A stretch of DNA of 37,315 nt from an uncultured Oscillospiraceae bacterium (lineage in GTDB: Bacteria > Bacillota > Clostridia > Oscillospirales > CAG-382). A program made the position numbers and the translations under genes. The notes below the pieces were generated by a model, which saw only the letters and a program-made list of their open reading frames with translations, did no database searches and was not told where the DNA came from. Position 1 is the stretch's first letter. Each line of letters begins with the position of its first letter. Location: assembly GCA_964646725.1 (NCBI GenBank), contig CAZYFX010000002.1, positions 1 through 37,315 on the forward strand, in the 5' to 3' direction. Shown piece after piece: positions 30,836-37,315 of this stretch.

Positions 30836-33121
30836 ATGTTTGACTGGAAATTAGCCACTGCTCCCCATGCGCTCTGCAAGGACTTGACGATCACTACGAT
30901 CGAACAGTTGGAAAGCATGCATTTCGAAACCGTTCCCGCCACCGTTCCCGGCAACTTTGAGCTCGACCTCATGCGTGAAAAGCTTCTTCCCGACCTGTAC
31001 TTTTCCACCGATACGCTTAAAGCCGAGGAGCTCGAAAACCGTCACGTCTGGTACTACACACGCTTCACGGCCGACAGAGATGACGACGTACTCCGCTTTG
31101 AAGGCGTTGACACCGTGAGCGATATTTACTTGAACGGCAAGCTTGTTTGCCAAACCGACAACATGTTTTTGCCGTATGAGATCGATCACGGTCTTGTTGT
31201 CGGCGAAAACGAGCTGGTTGTCCACATCAAGCCCGCCTGCATCGTCGCGCGCGACCATAACGCGCCCGTTCTCAGCCGCGCGATGCCCTACAATGCTCCT
31301 TCGCTCTATTTGCGCAAGGCCGCCTATATGTTCGGTTGGGACATCATGCCGCGTATCGTTTCGGCGGGACTCTGGAAAGAGGTCAAGCTGATTCCGCCCA
31401 AAAAGAAGGATCGAATCGACGAGGTTTACATCGTCACCGAGGGCGTGAATCTCGAAGGACGCTATGCGTGGTTCCGCTTCTTTTACCGCTTGACCCTGGA
31501 CGGCGATTTTTCCCGCGATTATACGGTCAAGGTGCGCGGCGCTTGCGGCGACAGCACGTTTTCGTTCGAAGAAACGTGTTGGCATACCGACGGATGCTGT
31601 CTTTTCAACATCGCGGACTGCAAATTCTGGTTTCCGCGTCCGCAAGGCGAACCGAATCTGTACGATGTGACCGTCGAGCTGTATCGCGGTGACACGCTTT
31701 GCGACCGCTATACCACCGAGCTCGGCGTGCGTACCGTCAAGCTTCTCATGACCGAATGCGCTTCCGACGGCGAAAACGACGGAGAGTTCTGTTTTGTCGT
31801 CAACGGCAAAAAGGTCTTTGTGAACGGAACCAATCATGTGCCGCTTGATGCGTTTCCCTCCCGCGCCGCCGAACGTGCGCCGAAAATGTTGGAAATGCTT
31901 AAAGATATCGGCTGTAACGCCGTTCGCGTCTGGGGCGGCGGCATTTACGAAAACGACGAATTTTACCGCTTCTGCGATCGCAACGGTATCATGATCTGGC
32001 AGGATTTCGCCATGGGCTGTGCAATCTATCCGCAGGACAGAGCCTTTGCCGAACGGCTGGAAAAGGAGATTCTGTATCAGGTCAAGCGTTTGCGAAATCA
32101 CCCGAGTATCGTTCTGTGGGCGGGGGACAACGAATGCGACCAGTTCTACAACGCCTGGATTCGAAACGACCCGAACCGCAACTTCTTGACCCGTGAGACG
32201 GTCGCGCGGATTGTCTGGTCGCACGACTATGCCCGTCCGTATCTGCCCAGTTCGCCCTACATCGGGCCGCGTGCCTTCGAAAGCGGCAAACTGACCAGCG
32301 AGGATCACCTCTGGGGGCCGCGTGATTACTTCAAGGGTAATTTCTATCGCAATTCCGTCTGCCATTTTGCCAGCGAGACAGGCTACCACGGCTTCCCGTC
32401 GGTCACGTCCTTAAAGCGCTTTTTGAAGAATCCCGAGGTCATTTTCAAGCCCGACGGCACACCGACCGACGAATATATCGTCCACGCCGCCATGCCGGAG
32501 CCCAATCCCGAAGGGCCGTTTGCTTACCGCATCCGTCTTGCCTATACGCAGGTGGAAACGCTGTTCGGAAAGGCGGAAGAGAATCTTGCGGATTTTGTCA
32601 AGCAAAGTCAGATCTCCCAAGCCGAGGCGAAGAAGTATTTCATCGAGCGCTTCCGTATCGGCAAATGGCGTCGAACCGGCATTCTGTGGTGGAATCTGGT
32701 GGACGGTTGGCCGCAGGTGTCCGACGCGGTGGTGGACTGGTACTACGGCAAAAAGTTGGCGTATCATTTCATCAAGCGCGTGCAGGCACCGATCGTGCTC
32801 ATGTTCGACGAGCCGAACGAAAAAGGCATGCTGCGGTTGGTGGGAGCGAACGACCTTGCCGAACGGGCGCACCTTACCTATACGGTGAAGGATGCGCTGT
32901 CGGGCGAAACGCTTCTTGCGGGCGAAATCGACCTTGCCCCCGATTCGTCGGAGACGGTCGCTTTTCTTCCGAATCCCGAGGGGATGCATTTTCTGCTTAT
33001 CGAATGGGAGGGTGAAGCAAGCGGGCGAAATCATTTCACCACCTGCACCAAGGGAATCGATTATCGGACGTATCTCAAAGCGTTGGAAACGTGCGGAATG
33101 GACGAGTTTGAAGGCGTTTGA
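30836..33121 (+). CDS. GH2-family beta-mannosidase-like glycoside hydrolase (cytoplasmic)
   Basis: Motifs RKAAYMFGWDIMP, NAVRVWGGGIYENDEFYRFCDRNGIMIWQDFAMGCAIYP, HPSIVLWAGDNE (acid/base region) and FASETGYHGFP (nucleophile region) are present. I set the start at ATG 30836 (GAAAGGAAA upstream). Confidence 0.85.
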   Translation: MFDWKLATAPHALCKDLTITTIEQLESMHFETVPATVPGNFELDLMREKLLPDLYFSTDTLKAEELENRHVWYYTRFTADRDDDVLRFEGVDTVSDIYLNGKLVCQTDNMFLPYEIDHGLVVGENELVVHIKPACIVARDHNAPVLSRAMPYNAPSLYLRKAAYMFGWDIMPRIVSAGLWKEVKLIPPKKKDRIDEVYIVTEGVNLEGRYAWFRFFYRLTLDGDFSRDYTVKVRGACGDSTFSFEETCWHTDGCCLFNIADCKFWFPRPQGEPNLYDVTVELYRGDTLCDRYTTELGVRTVKLLMTECASDGENDGEFCFVVNGKKVFVNGTNHVPLDAFPSRAAERAPKMLEMLKDIGCNAVRVWGGGIYENDEFYRFCDRNGIMIWQDFAMGCAIYPQDRAFAERLEKEILYQVKRLRNHPSIVLWAGDNECDQFYNAWIRNDPNRNFLTRETVARIVWSHDYARPYLPSSPYIGPRAFESGKLTSEDHLWGPRDYFKGNFYRNSVCHFASETGYHGFPSVTSLKRFLKNPEVIFKPDGTPTDEYIVHAAMPEPNPEGPFAYRIRLAYTQVETLFGKAEENLADFVKQSQISQAEAKKYFIERFRIGKWRRTGILWWNLVDGWPQVSDAVVDWYYGKKLAYHFIKRVQAPIVLMFDEPNEKGMLRLVGANDLAERAHLTYTVKDALSGETLLAGEIDLAPDSSETVAFLPNPEGMHFLLIEWEGEASGRNHFTTCTKGIDYRTYLKALETCGMDEFEGV

Positions 33122-33139
33122 CGAATATGGATATAGCCT

Positions 33140-33176
33140 CGCCCCGGGGAATGGGAATTCTCCGGGGCGATTTTTT
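33140..33176 (+). terminator. Rho-independent terminator of the GH2 gene
   Basis: CGCCCCGG (33140-33147) pairs with CCGGGGCG (33162-33169), followed by ATTTTTT. Confidence 0.8.
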
Positions 33177-33202
33177 CACGAAGAGGGACGGCGAAGCGCT
33201 GT

Positions 33203-33318
33203 TCAGACGATGTATTCCGGTTCCATATCGGCTTTTTCGGATTCCAAAACAGCTTTTCTGTACGGAATTTTCGTGAAGCCGAACTTTTTATACAAATGAA
33301 CCGCCGGATTTAATCCCG
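33203..33318 (-). pseudogene. Probable C-terminal remnant of a GNAT acetyltransferase gene
   Basis: The minus-strand frame reads ..TGLNPAVHLYKKFGFTKIPYRKAVLESEKADMEPEYIV*, containing the GNAT N-x2-A-x2-LY-x-K-x-GF motif. An in-frame stop lies at 33347-33349 and no start codon precedes the motif. Evidence rests on this one short motif. Confidence 0.3.
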
Positions 33319-33849
33319 TTACGGCTGCGTCTTTGCGATTTTTCTGTCATACAGCTTGTGTATTCCGCATTTCCAACACAATATCATGCCGAAAACGGCT
33401 CCCACGACAGCTTGCAGGATTTGATAAGGCAGCTTTATGATGGCATATTCGGGTGTGCTGTAAATAAAAGCTCTGCCGAGCGAATAGCCGACAACCATGA
33501 TCACGGCGCCCAGTGCGACCCCAATCCCCGAAGCGGCTACGGGATGCTTTTTCAAAATATAATGCGAAAAGACGGAGATGACGACCGCCTGCAATCCATG
33601 CGTCACCAACGAAACAAACATCGGCGTGGGATAAAAGAACAGGTCACCCAAAAAGGCTCCGACTCCGCCCACCATAAACGCCGCAAACGGGTCAAGCAAA
33701 ATCGAAGCGGTGCAGATGACGATGTCGTTCATGTAAAGATGTCCGCCCGGAACAGGCACGCCGAACGAGCTCATAGCCACATTGAGTGCCATGAAAACGG
33801 CCGTAGTGCATACCCACAGTGTTGTTCTTTTTCTTGTGTTCTTGTTCAT
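33319..33849 (-). CDS. ECF-transporter substrate-specific (S) component, substrate unknown
   Basis: Small membrane protein of about 6 TM helices with an S-component-like pattern (VCTTAVFMALNVAMSSFGVPVPGGHLYMNDIVI...). No EcfA/EcfT genes lie nearby. The second ATG (33849) has better SD spacing (AGGAG + 9 nt) than 33855. Confidence 0.7.
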   Translation of the reverse strand: MNKNTRKRTTLWVCTTAVFMALNVAMSSFGVPVPGGHLYMNDIVICTASILLDPFAAFMVGGVGAFLGDLFFYPTPMFVSLVTHGLQAVVISVFSHYILKKHPVAASGIGVALGAVIMVVGYSLGRAFIYSTPEYAIIKLPYQILQAVVGAVFGMILCWKCGIHKLYDRKIAKTQP

Positions 33850-33862
33850 TTTCATTTTCTCC

Positions 33863-33891
33863 TTGCAATTTTGATGAAAATATTATATAAT
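33863..33891 (+). promoter_or_regulatory. Candidate promoter of the MocR-like regulator, overlapping a 14-nt AT palindrome
   Basis: TTGCAA (33863-33868), 17-nt spacer, TATAAT (33886-33891). The perfect palindrome ATATTATATAATAT lies at 33880-33893. Confidence 0.45.
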
Positions 33892-33941
33892 ATCAACTGA
33901 TAATATAAAATAACCAGAACGGAGAAAAATAATATATCCAG

Positions 33942-35030
33942 ATGAACTACACGATCAAAAAAGAGGAACGACCGATTTATTTACAGCTATACAGGCAGAT
34001 AAGAGACGATATTACAGCGGGAGCGTATCCGTACAACAGCAGACTTCCGTCCAAAAGGCTGTTGGCCGAGGAGATCGGTATCAGTACCATCACCGTGGAA
34101 CACGCGTATTCGCTTTTGTGTGACGAAGGCTATGTCGAGGCTCGCCGACGGAGCGGATATTATGTTCTGTTTAAGCAAACGGACTGCTTTGCCGCATCGG
34201 AGGCCGCGGCTGCGTTGCCGATAAATCACAAAATCCGTACACCGTCTTATCCGAATTTTTCCGTTTCCGTTTTGAGCAAAACCATGCGAAAGGTTCTGGC
34301 CGATTACTACGACGTGATTTTGGAAAAATCTCCGAATACCGGGTGTCTCGAGCTTCGAAATGCGATAAAGCAGTATCTTTTGCGCAATCGCGCCATGAAG
34401 GTCGAGGTCGATCAAATCGTCATCGGCTCGGGAGCGGAATACTTATACACACTGATCATCGAGCTGCTCGGAAAAGATAAAATATTCGCCCTTGAAACGC
34501 CTTCCTACGATAAAATCGAACGGATTTACCGCGCCGTAGGCGTAAACTGCGAACGCTTGCCTTTGTCCGAGGACGGCATTGACAGTCAATCCCTTTCGAA
34601 TTCCCCAGCGGATGTTTTGCATACCACCCCCTATCAAAGCTATCCGAGCGGCGTGACGGCTTCGGCCTCCAAACGGCACGAATACATAAAGTGGGCGGAA
34701 CGCGAGGAACGCTTTATCATAGAATCCGATTACGGTTCCGAATTTTCCGTATCCTCACAGCCGACGGAAACTTTGTTTAAGCTTTCAACGTCCGATAATG
34801 TGATCTATTTGAACACCTTCTCGAAAACGATCTCCTCCTCCATGCGCGTGGGGTATATGGTTCTTCCGAAGAAGCTGATAAAACCTTTTGAAGAAAAGCT
34901 CGGGTTTTATTCCTGTACCGTTCCCACCTTCGAACAGTATGTGTTGACGGAGCTGTTGAACAGCGGCGATTTCGAACGGCATATCAACCGTGTGCGCAGA
35001 GGGATACGAAAAGAACTGCACGGTAAATAG
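33942..35030 (+). CDS. GntR-family MocR/PdxR-like regulator (wHTH + aminotransferase-like domain), unusually short at the C-terminus
   Basis: GntR wHTH (LPSKRLLAEEIGISTITVEHAYSLLCDEGYVEARRRSGYYV). The aminotransferase-like domain carries the PLP-lysine motif NTFSKTISSSMRVGYMVLP. The protein ends shortly after ..FERHINRVRRGIRKELHGK. Confidence 0.8.
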   Translation: MNYTIKKEERPIYLQLYRQIRDDITAGAYPYNSRLPSKRLLAEEIGISTITVEHAYSLLCDEGYVEARRRSGYYVLFKQTDCFAASEAAAALPINHKIRTPSYPNFSVSVLSKTMRKVLADYYDVILEKSPNTGCLELRNAIKQYLLRNRAMKVEVDQIVIGSGAEYLYTLIIELLGKDKIFALETPSYDKIERIYRAVGVNCERLPLSEDGIDSQSLSNSPADVLHTTPYQSYPSGVTASASKRHEYIKWAEREERFIIESDYGSEFSVSSQPTETLFKLSTSDNVIYLNTFSKTISSSMRVGYMVLPKKLIKPFEEKLGFYSCTVPTFEQYVLTELLNSGDFERHINRVRRGIRKELHGK

Positions 35031-35041
35031 TGCCGCTTGTT

Positions 35042-35557
35042 TTATCTCACATGTTCAATTGGGTTGTCCCATTCGTATGCAAGCTTGGGGCCGCCGTCAA
35101 ATCGGATAAGCCCGCAATACCGAAAGCCCTCTCGGATGAGAATGTGCTGCATGACCTTGTTTTCCTCTTGCGTGTCCACTCGTATCGCGTCGATATGAGC
35201 GGAAGCACAGAGCTCTTTTATCAAATCGAGCGCCTGTCCGGATAACCCTTTGCCTCTGACCTGCCGCGCAAACGCCATTCTGTGAACGACGGCGTAGGGT
35301 CTGTCCGTTTTCCACGCGCCGTCTATGCTTCGATACGCAGGCTCATCGCCTATGATAATACAGCAATATCCGACAACCTCCCCGTCGTTTACAAAGACAT
35401 ATCCGATGCCTTGAGCGATATCGTCCGAGACGGTTTCCTTTGTGGGATAATTCGGATGCCACTGTACAAATCCCATGGAGGCGTGATAGGCTCTCGCGTC
35501 TTCAATGCATCGGTAACCTTGTTTGGCTTCGCTCGGAAGTGCTTTTCTCAATTCCAT
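35042..35557 (-). CDS. GNAT-family N-acetyltransferase
   Basis: VVHRMAFARQVRGKGLSGQALDLIKELC (Q/R-x-x-G-x-G/A motif) and ..NKVMQHILIREGFRYCG. I set the start at ATG 35557 (GGAGG upstream) rather than 35593. Confidence 0.8.
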   Translation of the reverse strand: MELRKALPSEAKQGYRCIEDARAYHASMGFVQWHPNYPTKETVSDDIAQGIGYVFVNDGEVVGYCCIIIGDEPAYRSIDGAWKTDRPYAVVHRMAFARQVRGKGLSGQALDLIKELCASAHIDAIRVDTQEENKVMQHILIREGFRYCGLIRFDGGPKLAYEWDNPIEHVR

Positions 35558-35669
35558 GATGACAAATTCCTCCTGTTTGGCGTTTGAATCCATGTGCTAT
35601 GTGTTCTTTATTTCATCGGGCATGGTTGACTTTCTTTCGCTTTTGTGATAAAATAAAGGTATTAAAATC

Positions 35670-35716
35670 CAATATATCGGATTTCTATTATATTATACTA
35701 TAAGTCCGATATATTG
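35670..35716. promoter_or_regulatory. Perfect 12-bp inverted repeat pair (candidate operator) in the GNAT / XRE-cupin divergent region
   Basis: CAATATATCGGA (35670-35681) and TCCGATATATTG (35705-35716) are exact reverse complements. They are separated by 23 AT-rich nt containing -10-like hexamers (TATTATATTATACTATAAG). Confidence 0.5.
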
Positions 35717-35741
35717 TCAACCGAAAACAGGAGAAATTCAT

Positions 35742-36293
35742 ATGGATGTTACAAATGTAGTGGCCGTCAACATAAAAGCGATACGCGAACAAAAGAAGCT
35801 GACATTGGAGGCCGCCGCGGAATTGACGGGAGTTTCCAGAAGTATGTTGGCACAAATCGAAAAGGGAGATGTGAACCCGACCATCTCCGTCCTGTGGAAA
35901 ATAGCCAACGGCTACAAGGTTTCTTTTACGTCTTTGGTGGAACGAAAGACGGATGAAGTCACCGTAATCCGAAAAGAGAACCTGACGCCGTTGGAAGAGG
36001 ATGACGGGCGATATTTGAATTATCCTGTTTTTGCGTTTAACGAAGCGACCCTGTTTGAAACCTATCGTATTGTTATAGAACCGCACGGAGGCTTGTCCGC
36101 GCAGCCGCATTTGAACGGCTCGGAGGAATACATCACCGTTTTCGGCGGCGAGGTCGAGATCACGGTGGAGGATAAAAGCTTTCGTCTTTCCGAGGGCGAT
36201 TCCGTGCGCTTCGCCGCCGATGTTTCGCACGCCTATCGCAATACGGGCGATGAGACGGCAGAGCTCAGCATGCTGATTTTCTATCATAAATAA
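35742..36293 (+). CDS. XRE-family HTH + cupin-domain transcriptional regulator
   Basis: HTH_3 region (IKAIREQKKLTLEAAAELTGVSRSMLAQIEKGDVNPTISVLWKIANGYKVSF) and a C-terminal cupin (HLNGSEEYITVFGGEVEITVEDKSFRLSEGDSVRFAADVSHAYRN). RBS is CAGGAG. Confidence 0.85.
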   Translation: MDVTNVVAVNIKAIREQKKLTLEAAAELTGVSRSMLAQIEKGDVNPTISVLWKIANGYKVSFTSLVERKTDEVTVIRKENLTPLEEDDGRYLNYPVFAFNEATLFETYRIVIEPHGGLSAQPHLNGSEEYITVFGGEVEITVEDKSFRLSEGDSVRFAADVSHAYRNTGDETAELSMLIFYHK

Positions 36294-36373
36294 CAGACGG
36301 GCGTTAACTCCTTATGTGTCGGATTTAACGCCCGTTCGCGGTCTGTACAGCATAGCAAGAGATCGATTTCAAT

Positions 36374-36413
36374 GAAAAGACGGGAGCTGTGTCGTTTTTC
36401 GATACAGCTCCCG
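36374..36413 (-). terminator. Rho-independent terminator of the GH39-like gene
   Basis: On the minus strand: CGGGAGCTGT ... ACAGCTCCCG (arms at 36404-36413 and 36381-36390), followed by TCTTTTC. It lies 15 nt after the stop codon. Confidence 0.65.
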
Positions 36414-36428
36414 CAAACGGAAAGAGAC

Positions 36429-37315
36429 CTATTGCACGTCGGCTTTTTCGATGCGAATAAGGTAGCTCGTATAATTCGGAACGGTCAGATACGCGGCGGC
36501 GGTCGAGCCGATCACGATCTCCTCGCGTATGATCTGTTCGTCGTGCGTTTCGTTCAAAATATAGTAGGACAGCTTGACCGGTGCGTCGAAGCCCATATCG
36601 GCAAGCGTTATTTTGACCTGACGCGGAGCGGCGCTGTCATCGTCGTCAAAATGCGTGAGGAGCACGGCGGCGCTGTCCGTGCCTTTGGCGGCGCAGACGT
36701 ACAGCGTTTCGTCGTCGGTCGAGGATTCTACAGCCGTGCCGCATTTGACAAGCGCATTGAACATGCGGAACGGATAGTAACCCTTCAAGCGCACGGACAC
36801 ATTGTCGGTGGAGAACAGGCCGTTCATGCCGCAGGGACGTGCGTCGTAGTACATGAGCAGGTCGAGCGGCTTATACTGTGAGCCGCACATGACGGCGGTG
36901 GTGAAGGAGGAGCCCTTCAAGCCCTTTTCGGCCGCCAAGGAATACGTCCAGTCATCGTTGTTCCACCCGCGCACATAGTTCCATTCGTTGAGGATGCTTT
37001 CGGTTTCGGTATAGCCGTAGCGGTCGAGCATGGAGCGCACTTCGGCTTCAACGTTCAAAATGTGGTGCGGATCTTTGGTATAGGTGTGCCAGGAATAGAA
37101 GTCGAGCGGCACGGCATGCTCCTTCATGTAAGCAAAGAAGCGTTCGTTCCATTCGGTGATGGGGTAGACCGAAGCGGGACCGCCGATTTTCAGATGCGGG
37201 AAGCATTTCTTCAAGTGGGTGGCGGCGACGCGGAAGAACTCGAAAAATTCGTCGCTCGTACCGCCCCAGCATTTTTTATCGACGTAGCTTGCGTCATCGG
37301 CGGCGATATCCGGCT
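36429..37315 (-). CDS. GH39-like glycoside hydrolase (beta-xylosidase-like), 5-prime end outside the window
   Basis: The frame stays open to the window edge (..DEFFEFFRVAATHLKKCFPHLKIGGPA..), so the TTG start in the track is an artefact. FYSWHTY, ILNEWN and the C-terminal beta-sandwich pattern resemble GH39. Confidence 0.6.
   Translation of the reverse strand, partial: PDIAADDASYVDKKCWGGTSDEFFEFFRVAATHLKKCFPHLKIGGPASVYPITEWNERFFAYMKEHAVPLDFYSWHTYTKDPHHILNVEAEVRSMLDRYGYTETESILNEWNYVRGWNNDDWTYSLAAEKGLKGSSFTTAVMCGSQYKPLDLLMYYDARPCGMNGLFSTDNVSVRLKGYYPFRMFNALVKCGTAVESSTDDETLYVCAAKGTDSAAVLLTHFDDDDSAAPRQVKITLADMGFDAPVKLSYYILNETHDEQIIREEIVIGSTAAAYLTVPNYTSYLIRIEKADVQ

Noticed and set aside
30851-32389. 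A 512-aa minus-strand ORF inside the GH2 gene
   Set aside because: This is a typical antisense shadow ORF of a GC-rich gene, rich in R/G/V/A/D with no RBS or motifs. The plus-strand GH2 translation has unmistakable family motifs.

Overview
This looks like a chromosomal segment from a spore-forming Clostridia-type Firmicute. Supporting signs are spoVT, a mecA-like adaptor, GGAGG-type ribosome binding sites and sigma-A-like promoters. GC is about 55% with clearly lower-GC patches. Carbohydrate-active enzymes and their regulators dominate the window: (1) an AraC regulator divergent from a GLUG-repeat secreted protein and a 1947-aa surface protein ending in a GH78 alpha-L-rhamnosidase; (2) a low-GC cassette of beta-propeller GH-like, YgjV-like membrane protein and GH5-like enzyme, with its own divergent AraC regulator; (3) an NhaC-family transporter; (4) a 1468-aa surface protein with a WbsX/GH99-like domain; (5) a GH2 beta-mannosidase-like enzyme; (6) a 5-prime-truncated GH39-like gene at the right edge. 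The rest is housekeeping or accessory: spoVT, two GNATs, a GrpB/pyrophosphatase-like fusion, a MerR/FGGY-kinase fusion, Maa acetyltransferase, a flavodoxin-like protein, a polyacidic membrane protein, a glycerol-1-phosphate dehydrogenase homologue, a parvulin PPIase, family-4 UDG, an ECF S-component with a short MocR regulator, and an XRE-cupin regulator. I found no tRNA, rRNA, CRISPR array, transposase or integrase. The features least explained by ordinary annotation are: (a) an ORF-poor, hairpin-dense spacer of about 0.8 kb (28650-29430) between the divergent PPIase and mecA-like genes, with two possible plus-strand termination signals, which may encode structured ncRNA(s) I cannot assign to a family by eye; (b) the MerR-HTH/sugar-kinase fusion behind a promoter with a 19-nt spacer; (c) the GrpB/pyrophosphatase-like fusion translationally coupled to a GNAT. 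All family calls come from motif recognition in the supplied translations. No database search was run.
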